A stretch of DNA of 63,354 bases, filler included, from Sphacelaria rigidula (GCA_964200075.2; 10 parts of 10 records of this genome joined end to end with filler, not necessarily neighbours in it), one strand, 5' to 3'; shown: positions 1 through 12,692, counted from the whole stretch's first letter. Notes: generated from the sequence alone by a model not told the origin. Numbers and translations: made by a program.

Positions 1-398
1 AACCCCCGAAATAGTTTTAAGGAGGTCGGGGGGCATGAGGTCGTCCATGTTAAATTCATTGGTCATGACGTTAGGTCAAGGAAAGTACTGTTTTCGAGTT
101 GAAACTCATTGAAATGTTGAACCTCAATAACGAATCCAGGCTGTTGAAATTTAACGTCTGATTCACGCAGTTGTGCAAGCTAACGTAACTATTTATTCAT
201 CCGCCGTACATTTGTTTTTCAGGTATATATAGCCAAATGTGATGAGAGTCAGAAATATATGCTGTGAATAATTTCAACACCGTTTCTGCTAGTCTGCCTC
301 TAATTGTCGAACGAAATTCAACGAGAGGAGCTTGTGTATCTTGTCAGTCGCCAGGATACGGGAAAATTACCAGGTCGAAGGCGCGAGGGCATACATAC

Positions 399-674
399 TT
401 AAGTGCCGTTCGAAATGATCCCTGTACTTCCAGATTTTTTCCGTCCACTTTTTCATTATCCACCTGTAGCGCTGGAAGAACGATGGTTTCGTGCTAACCG
501 GTGAGGGACTCACTTGAAAATTCCACACACACAACATCATGATGTGAACTGAAAAATTCCACTATATGAATACCGTGTTATGCCAGCAGCGCCAGCGCTC
601 AACAACATCATGATCACCCCCAACGGTGAAGTCATTATGTGTGCCGTACAGCCATGATGTATGCAGTACTTGAG
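399..674 (-). CDS. Two candidate exons (674-574 and 463-399) of an unknown, possibly membrane, protein
   Basis: AG/GT boundaries with compatible phase 2 join give LKYCIHHGCTAHIMTSPLGVIMMLLSAGAAGITR|WIMKKWTEKIWKYRDHFERHL (hydrophobic segment then basic stretch). No homology recognised. Confidence 0.3.
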
Positions 675-1109
675 CTGTGCGTGCCCCAAACCGCATGAGA
701 CAACCAACTGCGCTGGTTCTCGAAGGTGTCCACTTTCCAATTCGGAACGGAAATTAACAACGCAATGGGGATACTAGTAAAGTCATGTACGATTCCAAAA
801 ACAAAAATAATGGAAAATGTGCACGGAAACCAGGCAAATAAATGGAGCCTATTTTCGTCGTAGAGAGACGCCCTTACTGGAAAGCGCCCGAAAATGGATA
901 ACTTGATTGATTTTGATTGATCGATTGTCAAACATCAAGAGCATCCCGTGGACCCGGACGTGTTTACAAGATAGTTGTACCCAAGGCAACTGACACAGGA
1001 ACGCTCACCATAGAACAATGCAGATGGAAAGACAAAGGACAGAATGAACAAACGTGGTGAACTGAAAACACATACACAAAATTATTCTGTTCTATTTTTG
1101 CTGCTCCTG

Positions 1110-1172
1110 ACCACTGGCTGGATTGTTGCAATCAGCTAATGTGAGATAATCAATCAATCAATCAATCAATCA
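1110..1172 (+). repeat. 3' end of a retroposon-like repeat with (AATC)n tail
   Basis: CACTGGCTGGA...TCAGCTAATGTGAGATAATCAATC resembles CACGGCTGGA...TCAGTTAAAGTGCGACAATCAATC at 13840-13894. Confidence 0.5.
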
Positions 1173-1616
1173 AGTGTAATTGATTGGTACCGTGCGCATC
1201 AATCCTTTGGCGTTGTTTCCCTCAGAAACGTTAAATAACACAAAGTTTGCGTAGAGACGTTCTCGACTCACGGTCAGCTTTTCCCCCCTCTTTCGAGCAA
1301 TCAGGGCTCAGGAAAAGTAGATATGGTGTTTCGAACCGGCGATGATTCACCCAACCCTTGAAATATTACGCCCCCGACCGTACTGTTATCCCTAACCGCA
1401 ATGACCTGCAAATGATGTATCCTCCGTCCTCATCAACCAGGGGGTAGGGATGGCGAAAGTAGTCATATATTTCTCCGCCATATCCTCAAATACTTACGCG
1501 GCGCTTACGTACGTACGCGATGCTCACACCTGCACCAAGTACGTAGCACAAATCACCCATGCATCGCACACACGGACACCACGCTCGTCATTCCTCTCAG
1601 TAGTGCTGTCTGTCGT

Positions 1617-1870
1617 AGTCATACTACGGTAGGGCTTACATTTGGGACCAGATCCTTCTCAATCATGGGCTCCTAAGGCTAGGAGCTACAGAAGGACATG
1701 GGTCAGGACATTCCCATGTCTAAACTCCGTGTGGGACATCCCCAGCCTAGTGGAATCCTACTCGTGCCGTGCTCTCACACATTTCATACGTCATTGTTAG
1801 GATGAGATGAAGGGTTCCCAACAATTCAAACCTCAGAAAATATTTGTGCGGCCATACCGAAGCACCACTC
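1617..1870 (+). mobile_element. MITE family M1, diverged copy
   Basis: Homologous to 2448-2704; degenerate TIRs (AGTCATACTACGGTAGGG...CCATACCGAAGCACCACTC); TCGT on both flanks. Confidence 0.75.
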
Positions 1871-2084
1871 TCGTTCAATCCTGAAATCTGCACGACGACG
1901 AATTAAAAACGTCGAAGTTTTTCAGGGAGTGTCTGTGCTTTTGAATAATATCTTACCACAGAACAGTACGAGGTTGGTCGTTCTATTCTGTACTCTTCCA
2001 TGTCATTGGTACTGTCTGCGAAAGTGAACATACATCAATTTAATGATTCTTCAAAAGTTGTACTCACAATCTGTAATCCTTCCA

Positions 2085-3125
2085 GGGACAGGTCGGGTAG
2101 GGCATGACCTATACCCGGGTCTTTCAAACATTCGCACTCTTAGTACTGAAGATTTGAGTTGAGTATTGGGGTCATACTCAAACTACACAATATTTAAGGT
2201 AGATTGTTGAGATAAAACCCAACTCTACCCAATGTTCGGGTAGAGTACTACGGCCATACCTAAGCGATACTTCAGGGCTGTGCCAAGGCAGGGGTTGCAC
2301 ATTTGGACCCAGATGTTTCTCACTGAGGGACTCCTGAAGTTAGGGGCTATACAAGAATATGGGTCAGGACATTCCCATTTTGAAAAAAATATCCGAGAAA
2401 TCCCTGGCACACTGGAATGTTAATCGTGGCGTGCATATTTCATTAGTGAGCAATGCTACGGTAGGGGTGCACTTTTTTCGCGAAATAATGCCTAGTTCAG
2501 GGGCTCGTAAAGAGTCTAGATGCAGAAAAATATGGATCAGGGCATCCCCGTTTGCAAATTCATTCTCGGGATATCCCCAGCACATCGGAGTAGTAATCCT
2601 GGCGTACTTGATCATATTTTCATAGGTCGTGTTTTGCATGAGACAAAGGGCTCCTAACAATTCTAACCTCAGAAAATATTTGTGCACCCCTACCGTAGCA
2701 TCACTAGTGATTTTTTGTTTGAGATAAGGGCTAACAGTTCAAAGCTGAGAAATATTTTGGGCACCCCTGCCGTGGCATGATTCTTTACACGCGGGGATTG
2801 CTGAGAGTACCTACCCGATCTTCGAGTATAGGATTGAAATCATACCCAAATCTACCCCATATATAGGTAGAGTATTGAGATCATATCCGCCCCCCAACTT
2901 CGGGGCAGGGTATGACCATACCCAAATGATGACTCTATACCCGGGTATCGCTGACACAAATTACCGATTATCGGTAAAGTATTGAGATCACACTCAAACT
3001 CCATCTCAAAATTGGGTACGTACAGTATTGAGATCATACCCACCTCTGCCCAATTTTCGGTAGGGTATTGATATCGTAGCCAATTCGCCCAGACTTGGTG
3101 GATAGAGTGAACCCGCGTACCCACG
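2085..3125. repeat. Repeat cluster with GAGTATTGAGATCATACCCAAA-like subunits (about 2085-2280 and 2795-3125), interleaved with M1 copies and fragments
   Basis: Variants of the subunit recur near 2161, 2829, 2870, 2978 and 3023. Confidence 0.55.
2448..2704 (+). mobile_element. MITE family M1 (about 255 bp; Sola2-like termini)
   Basis: Perfect 20-bp inverted repeat ATGCTACGGTAGGGGTGCAC (2453-2472 / 2682-2701); TAGT on both flanks. Confidence 0.85.
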
Positions 3126-3662
3126 TACCCGCCATCTCACCGTGAAAGGCCACCATAGCAACCCGCTCCCCTTTCGGCGAGCACTTTCCTCCTCTGATCC
3201 ACATTTCCCATTTTCAGGGTAAAATAGACGCTGTTCCTGTGTACCATGCTCTTTAGAATGCGGTTGCCCATCAGTGTTCCAAGGGAGTTTATGCCAACTA
3301 TTATTGGCACGAGATTCGGTGTCGTACCCCATTGATACTCGTGCAGCAGCGGCTGTTAGCACATGTTGTGCAGGGGGCACAATCACTGGCAAAACATTCT
3401 GGATGGCCGAAGAAAAATGGCCAGCTGAACCCGCTGCCGTTGCAAAAGACTTGAATAGGCGCTGTACACAGCGGGTGACGCCCTTGGGTCTGCTGATCGG
3501 TCCCATATCTATAGCTAGGTTGACGCCGTACGCAGCGCCCGTCGTTACTATGGAGACCGACTGTTTCGATCCTTGTATCCGTGCTTTGCGACCGCACTCT
3601 GTGCGACAGCTTCCGCTCGACTGTGATCTTGCGGCGAGAAATGATGCGATGATGTAGATCAA
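3006..3662 (-). CDS. 218-codon ORF, possibly an exon of an unknown gene
   Basis: Long stop-free frame in unique GC-rich sequence with possible GT donors near 3128-3142; no recognisable domain. Confidence 0.25.
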   Translation of the reverse strand: MIYIIASFLAARSQSSGSCRTECGRKARIQGSKQSVSIVTTGAAYGVNLAIDMGPISRPKGVTRCVQRLFKSFATAAGSAGHFSSAIQNVLPVIVPPAQHVLTAAAARVSMGYDTESRANNSWHKLPWNTDGQPHSKEHGTQEQRLFYPENGKCGSEEESARRKGSGLLWWPFTVRWRVRGYAGSLYPPSLGELATISIPYRKLGRGGYDLNTVRTQF

Positions 3663-4096
3663 TTGTCATCGCCCTTCTCCGTGATCATTCAGATCGCATC
3701 TTGACGTAACGGCTCGCCCTGTCCCGACCCGATGCCTACGCGGGACGAATCTTCAATTCACGAGGCGCGGCGGGATTGCCGCATCGATTCCACCGCATCT
3801 CCGACGACCGCATATATCTATTATGAATTCCACCGCATCAATCACGATCCCTTACTAAGGGTTTCAGTTGGACTTGAAGGGGGTGACATGTACTGAGCAC
3901 CGGGCGAGGTATCCTGCTGCTCGTTAGAGGAGAACGTCATAGCAACGGTGGAAGGATGGCGTCGTACCACCACACTGTGCTAGTGAAGGCAGTCGATTGA
4001 CGTCCGAACTCACCATATCGCACACACGCCAATTGAGCACCCTAGAGTATAGTGAAAGTTGAAGTTGATATAGGAAATCCCCGCAGAGTACAGCGA

Positions 4097-4290
4097 GTGT
4101 GTGTTGTCGTCCCATTATTTCTGGACGCCAGTCTACACCTTTCGGTATATGTGGGTGCATCAGCCGGGGTCACACAGGAGGAAGGCCAACACACACACAT
4201 ATATATAAGTACTCCACCTTCCTTCTGCCGTGCTTGCCTCTTCTTTTTTTATCGCGAGAGGGGTTCAGTAGTCCCTTTCCCTCGTCGACC
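4097..4290 (-). mobile_element. SINE family X, 5'-truncated
   Basis: Core GTCGACGAGGGAAAGGG..CTGAA..CTCTCGCGA, tail TGTGACCCCGGCTGATGCACCCACAT...GGGACGACAA(CA)n; matches 55258-55641. Confidence 0.8.
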
Positions 4291-4372
4291 ATCCATCCCA
4301 CCTTCGTTCGCCTCCCGCAATTTCCCCTCTAGCACGTCCCGTTCCTCCTTGTATGGTTCACATTCTGCAACT

Positions 4373-4635
4373 GAGTGACGCTAAGGTAGGGGTGCACAAA
4401 TATTTTCTGAGCTTAGAATTGTTAGGTGCCCTTTATCTATTCCAAAACACGACCTATGAAAATATGCGAGAGTACGCCAGGATTACTACTCTTCTTATGT
4501 GCTGGGAATATCCCGAATGAATCTGAAACGGGGATGCCCTGACCCATATTCTTGTGCTTGTAGAATCGTGAGGAGCCCCTGCACCAGACAAAATTTCGCG
4601 AAAAAACTGCACCCCTAACGTACGTAGCATTGCTC
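4373..4635 (-). mobile_element. MITE family M1
   Basis: GAG...CTC termini, TIRs, 4-bp TSD AACT on both sides; reverse complement of the 2448 copy. Confidence 0.85.
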
Positions 4636-4808
4636 AACTATATGACTTCTGCTCTCTATCAATTACTTTGCCACAGCGGTAGTTCTGTGCACACCTACTT
4701 CCTCCTCCACACGACTACTTGTATATATCTTTCTTGTTTCTGGCAAGTCCAGGTTCCCCAGGTCCCCCAGGGGACGGGAGGGGGAGGTGCACGAAAGCCA
4801 TGGGGTCA

Positions 4809-5197
4809 GAGTGATTCTACGGTAGGGGTGCACAGCTATTTTCTGAGATTAGAAATTTTAGGAGCCCTTGATCTCATCCAAAACACCACTTCCGAAATAT
4901 GTGAGGGTACGCCATTATAACTATTTCAATGTGCTAGAGACATCCCAGATGGATTTGCAAACGGGGATGCCCTGATCCATATTCTCGTGCAATCTAGAAT
5001 CGTTAGGAGCCCCTGAACCAGACAAGATTTTGTCCAAAAAGTGCACCCCTACCGTGGCATTGCTCCCAGTCGATTGGAATAGTAATCCTGGCGCGTACTC
5101 TCACATATTTTCATAAGTTGTGTTTTGGATGAGATACAGGGCTCCTAACAATTCAAACCTCAAAAAATATTTATGCGCCCCCACCGTAGCATTGCTC
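4809..5197. mobile_element. Composite M1 unit: full copy (4809-5065, minus) plus inverted half copy (about 5075-5197)
   Basis: TSD GTCA at 4805-4808 and 5198-5201 flanks the whole 389-bp unit. Confidence 0.75.
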
Positions 5198-5588
5198 GTC
5201 ACGAGTGGTGTGTTACCCGACCCGACACACTAGTAGTGGACTTCTATATGATGAGTGAAAACGGTGTCAAGTGGTCCAAAACGAAACTACTTGATATTAA
5301 TAACAAGAGCATCTTTAGTATCAAGTTTCAAAGTGCCCCCCTCCTGCAACTGTTGACTCACCCGCACCATATCATAGGAGCACTCGCTCGGAGTGATGCC
5401 AAGAGAAAATGAATATATAAGACCATGGAGCAAGTATTTTTTGCTGATTTTAGACTGCATGCATGACGAGGCGCCTTATATATGGACAACGTTGTTGGCG
5501 AAAGCGATCGTAAGGGTGAGAGTTCCCAGCAGCTCGGTGTGCTCGACTTTTTCCATGTTGATCTACATGTACATGTTATTACTCCAAC

Positions 5589-5976
5589 AACATGTTCGTG
5601 AGGTTGGGATTTTTTTGGAACGGGGGGGGGTCTCGTTATTTACACCAAGACGGTCGAACCGTCCGAAACGACCGTCACCCCCCTGGAAGCCCGTGGTCCG
5701 ACGGGAGTTTTGATGCAATCAGATTCCAAATCGGTGACGCCTTCCATGAGATACAGCCGAAAATGTGCAATTTTCTTCTCTTTTTTGTGGACACATTTTC
5801 CCTCGCAACTCTGCGCTGACCACGTCGATTTCAAATCTGACTGCTCAAAAATGCCCACCAGATCACGGGCTTTCAGGGGAGTGACGGCCGTTTCAGATGA
5901 TTCGACGGTCTTGGTGTGAATCACGAAAAAACTCCCGTTCCGAAAAAAAATCCATTCCTCATCTCATGAACATGTT
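5589..5976. mobile_element. Foldback/MITE-like element with about 110-bp imperfect inverted arms
   Basis: AACATGTTCGTGAG...CACCAAGACGGTCGAA...GTCAC..CCCTGGAAGCCCGTG is mirrored by CACGGGCTTTCAGGGG..GTGAC...TTCGACGGTCTTGGTG...CTCATGAACATGTT. Confidence 0.7.
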
Positions 5977-6246
5977 TTCCCCCCAAACCAGTCTCTTTTC
6001 TTGGGGGGGCTATCGCGGTATCATAGCTCGATGACTACTTGTATAGGTTTCTAAGTGAGTAAGTGGTCGTTTGCGATGAACTACAATAGTTACAGGTGTC
6101 TCACCCAGTAGTAGTAGTTATTTGTACACGACGACTAGGAACTATTATTCGTGGTTGTTCGAGGTGCAAAGGATATTTAACAGTGTTTTCGTGAGATTGA
6201 GAGTAGATGATACGATTGAGAGTGAAAAGCGGTCAATCAGTGAATG

Positions 6247-6346
6247 NNNNNNNNNNNNNNNNNNNNNNNNNNNNNNNNNNNNNNNNNNNNTTAATTAATT
6301 AANNNNNNNNNNNNNNNNNNNNNNNNNNNNNNNNNNNNNNNNNNNN
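6247..6346. other. Artificial contig linker
   Basis: 44 N + TTAATTAATTAA (stops in all six frames) + 44 N. Confidence 0.99.
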
Positions 6347-6420
6347 GACCCCGGCTGATGCACCCACATACACCGAAAGGTGTAGACTGGTGCCCAGAAT
6401 AAATGGGACGACAACACACA
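6347..6420 (+). mobile_element. SINE family X tail (contig begins inside it)
   Basis: GACCCCGGCTGATGCACCCACAT...GGGACGACAACACACA. Confidence 0.75.
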
Positions 6421-6978
6421 AATATCCATTCCATCGATGTAATATAACAGGCTTGCTTCGTCAATATAAACGTTGCTTGTAAAAAATGGCGTGAGCGTGT
6501 GAAATACAACCTTTTAAATGACGGCCATAGAATAGTAGAAAATAAAAATGGACATTCAAAATCCCTCGCCTACCCATGCAGACATGTCCGGCACTGGGCC
6601 CACAGATAGGGACAAGAATCATGAGTGGGAAGGTTTTTCGATCGTATTCTTTGAGTACACCAAAATGCGGCGACCTTCCTTCAATCAGATGAGAGTACCG
6701 AGTGAATTATGAGTCGAAAAGTAGCTTTGATTGGCCCACACATTGCGCCACTGCGAGGCAGACAGCTGCTTCCGTTAATGAACGAGGCTACAGCAGATCC
6801 GTGCTGGCTCGGTTTGTTTGTCCCAACCTGCACGCACCCGCCTCGTGTGTCTTCCCCGATCACAGCATCCGACTATAACCTAAGTACCAGAAAAGACGCA
6901 ACAGACAGCTGCACGGCCGTCACGTGACGATTGTTTCAACATTTCTTTGTTTGGACAGCACTTCGATCACACCCCAAT

Positions 6979-7112
6979 TCAGCAGTACAACTGCTCAGGC
7001 ACTCTCCAGCGCACGTCGCACCGTGGTCGCCATTGAGGGTTTAGATGCACAACAGCACAGCGACAACTACAGCATAGAAATGATGGGTTTGGGAAGCGCC
7101 ATATTTGTTTGA
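6979..7112 (+). repeat. Dispersed repeat, homologous to 24916-25050 (minus)
   Basis: Shared TCAGGCACTCTCCAGCGCAC...ATGCACAACAGC.CAGCGACAACTACAGCATAGAAAT.ATGGGT. Confidence 0.75.
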
Positions 7113-7840
7113 CTCGAAACGAAACAGCCAACACACAATGAATGTTTCAGCAGTGTGTAGAGAGCAATGTGTGCCGACAACATTATTTTTGATGGAGACG
7201 AACGGAATGACAGTATAAAGCAACTCAGGCATTCCCAGCATAGATCAAACCGTCTCCACAAAGGCCTGAGGATGCCACAGCGCAACGATAGCTACGGCAC
7301 ACGAGATAAAGCATGAGTGTGTCTGTGCTGCAGCACAGTGATACAGGGCATGTCCCATTCGATAGTTCTTTGCCTGGTTTCGGGTGGGTCTTCGATTTTT
7401 GCCCAGTGGCGTTTTTCAAACGCTCAGCCATGATTGTGCTTTGCGCGAAAATATTTTTCTTCACTTTGAGTAACCCCCATCTGTGGGAGGTGAGCCACAT
7501 GTCCTTCGACGTCATTATAGTCTACGGAGGACATACATGAAGATCATAGCATCCGAAAAAAAGATTGTTCAATGGATTTGGAGGGTTTCGGTCCAGCGGG
7601 GTTCGCTTTCTTTGTCGTGTTTTCAGACAGCCCAACACCTCTCGTTCCTAAATCCCATACCGATTTCATACAACTTGCGGTACCCGAGTTGCAAACTGAC
7701 CATTATTCAAGTTGTCATCCACAGACTGCGAATTGAAGGCAAGTGTCTGCATCGTCACAGGCTTTCCTCAAAACATGAACTTTTAGCCTCGACCTCAGTG
7801 TCGGGCAAATGACACCATCGCCTCATGTATTTGCCCCCCC

Positions 7841-7975
7841 ACCGAACACACCGAGGCGAGTCGCGCTTGGTGATTGAGTGCGAGCCTGGTCCTGCGAATA
7901 CCCGGCGTGCTCCGTCCCAGCTTTGTAGGGACGCGAGCTCAATGGTCATATGACTACGGCACGCAGGTCATGAGA
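7841..7975 (+). mobile_element. Poly(C)-associated retroposon-like family Z (type 1)
   Basis: Ends ...TCAATGGTCATATGACTACGGCACGCAGGTCATGAGA(C)n; C7 run immediately upstream; homologous to 11945-12075. Confidence 0.7.
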
Positions 7976-8596
7976 CCCCCCCCCCCCCCCCCCCCCCTTC
8001 CCCCCGCGGGGGGGGGGGGGGGGGCCCCAACGCCCAAAAAACAAACACAAAAAAAAAAATAAAAAGATGACGCGGAGGAATAATGAACACATCAGTAAGT
8101 GGTGGGACCTCTGCTGAGGCCCTCACGGACGGAACACATGCTTCATCACCCATTCACTTGGTGTAGTACGGGGAACTTGTAACACTGGAGATCGCTCGGT
8201 TCTCGACACACGAAGCAAGCCGGTCCACGGCACTTGACAGCCCCCCGTATACACACAAGATCTAGGGGACCTAGTTTGATCTTTTGCTGGCGTCGCGTCA
8301 GCGGCCCGGAAATCCCCCCCCAAAGCGGAAAACACCTTATTTTAGTACATTTGGGTTATTTGCGAGTCAGCATCTCGCGCAAACGCGAAAAACAAACTAG
8401 GCAACATAGCTTGGGTGTGTGGGAAGCGCACGCAAGGAACCGCAGTCCAATCCCCCGCTTTGTTGCCGAGTTGTAAACTTTGCGCGATCAGCACTTCTGG
8501 GTTGAGGATCAGTAGTGTCTTTCGAGGTCGAAGATGGCAAATTCAAAAAAATCGGTGCGCCTAATATTTTCCCTGCCGCAAGCAAGTTGTGATGAC

Positions 8597-9160
8597 ATGC
8601 ACTTTGGCTACGTGCCCCCAGGCGCTGCTTTGTTTTGTGCGGCTGTGCACAAAGGGCAATTTCGCCTTTCAACGGCGAGTATCCTTTGCAGTGTCGAATT
8701 ACAGAGGGAGAGTTGACGGAAGAAATGCAAAGCTGGCGGCTGCTTCGTGTCAGGGCTCTAGTGCAGAAGTCAAGGCGTCGAGAGCGATTCGAGTATGTGC
8801 GTTACATCTGTTGACGACTGCTGTCATGTATGTAGTAACTGTCTGTCTATACAATTAATAGTATCAGAAGGAGATGCAAACTCTGCCATGTTCGACTAGC
8901 TTCGTTTTGGGATGCGTGTTTTTTTTTCTTGCGGCGAGCAGTGTGTGACGAACGGTATTTCACTTTGTGGCATCCCACCAGGTGCTGCTTCGTTCTGTAC
9001 GGCTGTGCACAAGGGGCAAATTCGCCTTTCAACAACGAGTACCCTTCATGTATTGAGTTGCAGAGAGCGAGGTCACACATGAACTTCGGCTGTTGTGTCT
9101 GAGGGTTCCAGCAAAGAAGCCAAGGCGCGAAGTGTGATTTTGATTTCGGACTGCGCATCA
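8597..9160 (+). repeat. Diverged direct repeat of about 200 bp (8597-8800 and 8958-9160)
   Basis: Both carry CGGCTGTGCACAA.GGGCAA.TTCGCCTTTCAAC..CGAGTA.CCTT. Confidence 0.7.
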
Positions 9161-11944
9161 TGTACGCCCAGGTCAACAGAGCCACGACGTTTCAAGTGAC
9201 CGTCTGTACATACTGAAAATAGGGGGGACATGACGTTGAAGATGTTGATCTGGACAGAGAGAACCAGACCGTGCCCAAGCGACTGACAAGATGGGATTCC
9301 TTCCACTCATGCCATGACCCTGACCCCATGGGGCCCATGAAAAATTCTCTCTCCAATCCCGCAGTCACAAGTGTGTGTAGGACATGCAGCGCGTAGCCAA
9401 TCCGCACAGTGTGAACCTCTTGATCGCCAACATCATCAGCATCATTGTCAGTAGTTTTCACATGCGCGACGCTGCTGCTCATGATCTCCAAATTTCTGTA
9501 CTTTTTCGTTCTAGCACTATGTCAGGCACGCCTTTCACTGCAGTTACGTTGGTGTGTGGCGGCCACAAAAGCTGCTGTTCGTGCTCTTGTCTTGGTATCT
9601 TCGTAATTACGGCAAACGTGGGGTGGCAGCTCGGGGGCGTGTGCTTCCCGAGTGGTACAGACAGAAGCAGGACTCTAGCTGGAGCAACAAGATTGTTCAT
9701 CTATTGATGTGGGGCGAGCTTTCCGGAGGAACAGTATCACCTCAACACCGACTACTCCCAGGCTTGAATAAATGTACTAGAAATATAGTTCACTTCTAAC
9801 GAGCCAAGTCGTCATTTGTAGGTGACGCGTGTATTTTCCATTGATATGATTCGTTGGATTACGGGCCATTTCTAACTCATATAGCGTTCAGCTTGCACTT
9901 TCCATGAATATAGTACCCCAAATCGGCCCCTAGTCCTACCCATAACTATTTCACTCACAATGGAGTATGAATTCTGCAGACACACGGCGCACTTGTGTTG
10001 CGGTGTCGTTCTCGACCAGAAAATTAGGCACCGAGATCCATTGTCGAAGGCTGCTGCCCTCACGGTTGACAGTGCCGGTAGGTCTTAGCTTGAGTGAGTT
10101 GGGCTTCTGCGCAACAGTACTGCTTTCACTGAGATTGCCTCTGCAGAGATGATCGTGCAAGGAATGCTACATTACAGTACGACCGGTACAGTCAGCACAA
10201 AAGCATATATCTGTGTGGTGGCGCGCGCGACAAGGACGCTAGGTGTGAGTTCTTGTAACTGTTGTTCAGTTGTTTGAATGGCTGGCCAATATTCTTTCAT
10301 CCAACGTTAATAATGGCAACGGGAGGCAACAGACAGGCGAAGCTGAGATATTATATTTCAACCCGTGGAGAGCACACATAGTGCCCCAACAATACTCGCC
10401 GCGCCTGGGTGATATCTGGTGTATGTAAGTAAAAGCAGACTCGGACGGGGTTGAGGGTTCAAATCTCGGCAGATGTGTTTTTTTCTTTCCCTCAGGAGTG
10501 CTATATGAAACGGTCAGGGGAAAAAAGAATCGAAGTACGAGGTGCTGTGTGTTGTTGAGGTTGTGGATCGACGTTAGCATTCATCACTGCGGCGGTGTGA
10601 AAGTACGAAGACCAGGTATTCATCTTTGGCGAGCAACCGTGCACCCCAAAAGCACACCAGAAAACGTAAAGGATGGATAACACATGTCTCAGATCGATGA
10701 TCTAGGTGTCATTTGCGGTATGGTGTATAGTTGGGCATGGGAAAATCACGCAACCCACGGCCATCCCCAAATTATGGAGCGGGGTTCAAGGGGTAGGGCT
10801 CGAAGCAACTTCAATCGCTAGAGGACATCCTGTCTTCCATCACCAAATGAGGTGCACCACACTCCATCTCAAGATGCAACGGAGATCATGTGCCCATTCA
10901 AACTTTTGGATCTGCCCTGTGTAGCCCAAGAGACGGTTGTGAGTTTGTCGAAGTAATATGAGTTTTTCTCCAACTTTGAAGGATTTTGCTGTGGCACATA
11001 CTGCACACTACTCTTTCACTGTACTGACTTGACTAAAGCTACGGACTTTGGGAGTCATGGTATTACTGTCCTGAGATGTGGGCTCGGCTGATCTGCTTCA
11101 CCGTTTTGACTGTGATCACGCGGTCCAATTCATGTCGATGCGTGCAGCTGCTGACCGCGCTAGATCTTGTTCGGAACGTTCACCCATATGCCCCTACAGC
11201 GGAACACGGTTTATCGTGGCTGTTCGCAATGCCGTACCCATTCTTATGGAGTGCATGCCAATTCACTGTTGCCTATATGTGTGAAGCGGTGGCTATGGGT
11301 ACCGTACGCACAGTTACCGTAGCCTACTGTACAGCACAGTACGTTCTCAAATTTTCAACACATGGCATCGCATTTCCATCAATATCCTGAATCTTCGACA
11401 CAACGGCGCAACAAACAAAAAAAAAGGTTTTTGTGCTGGCACCTCGCTGGATGGTAGGGGCAAGAGTAATCTACAATATGTGCCAGACCAGATCCATCAT
11501 ACCCTCTGCCAGTTTTCACGTCCAGCAAACTCAAGTGTGAAAAGGCCCCACCAACTACAGGCCAGGTCCCCTACCCCAATTTCCCTGAAGGGTTGGCGCC
11601 GGTTGGCAACGACGCTGTAAAACACGTCATTCACTGCGTAAGCTGGGCAACCATGTTACCGATTTTTCTCCTACTTGTGTTTTTTGTGGTAACCATGATA
11701 GTGATCAAGCTACATCATACTGTGTGGGGTGAGGAAACCTCAACTCCCCGCAAGGGGGATCATCGTACCAAGAAGTGTTAAAATGGTGGGACACCCATGA
11801 GGTAGTGTGGAACCCGCGGCTGTCTCTGGAAGTGGCAATACTAGACAATGAAGCAACTCGTTGGAGGCTGTCATCTAAATGCAAGATAATCAATATCTTT
11901 CGGGCCGAACAGTATTTGCAGGATGCAGCTCACCATTCACGCGA

Positions 11945-12080
11945 CTCGCCGAACACATCACGGCACTTCGCGCTTGGTGATTGCGAGCCTGGTCCGGCGA
12001 GAACCCAGCGTGCTCCATCCCGTGGATGCGAGGTCAATGGTCTTGTGACTACGGCATGCAAGATCATGAGTACACCCCCC
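11945..12080 (+). mobile_element. Family Z (type 1)
   Basis: CGCGCTTGGTGATTGCGAGCCTGGTCC...GGTCAATGGTC..GTGACTACGGCATGCAAGATCATGAGTACACCCCCC. Confidence 0.7.
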
Positions 12081-12592
12081 TCCTCGCCCAATTCTGGGGA
12101 AAAGTTCGTTATGGGGGGGTCTGTCGGTTGCGGGTACCCTCGTTTTGAAGTGGGGGTACCCCCCCGGATACCTTGGATAATGGCGATTGCATGAACTCTA
12201 TAATGAGGAGCCCCACCGACTGCAGGCCGAGGAGCCGTCCCGAACCGACCATTTTCGGAAAAGCTCATTGATTTTGGGCGATGCCCGGGGTTACCACACT
12301 TTTCAGGGGGGATACTCCCGTAGATCATGTGGATAATGCAAAGTATTTCCCGATCTACCGCGCGACTCAAGAGTCATAATCCAGCGGTGGAACCGCCCCC
12401 GTACCGCCCGAAAAAATAACTGACAAGTTTTGAGCTCTTTACGGACAGACAATTCCTGAGTAAAAGAGGCGCTGTTCAATGCCTGCAGTGAAGATAAACG
12501 GGACAAATGGTTTTGATGCACTTTTCCTCATTCTCGACAGTCTGTGGGGGGGGGGGGGGGGGTACAGCTGGGTGTGTGTACCATGATCTCAA

Positions 12593-12692
12593 NNNNNNNN
12601 NNNNNNNNNNNNNNNNNNNNNNNNNNNNNNNNNNNNTTAATTAATTAANNNNNNNNNNNNNNNNNNNNNNNNNNNNNNNNNNNNNNNNNNNN
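12593..12692. other. Artificial contig linker
   Basis: 44 N + TTAATTAATTAA + 44 N. Confidence 0.99.

Noticed and set aside
10847..10863. 17-bp identity ATGAGGTGCACCACACT with 27152-27168
   Set aside because: No homology extends to either side; treated as chance.
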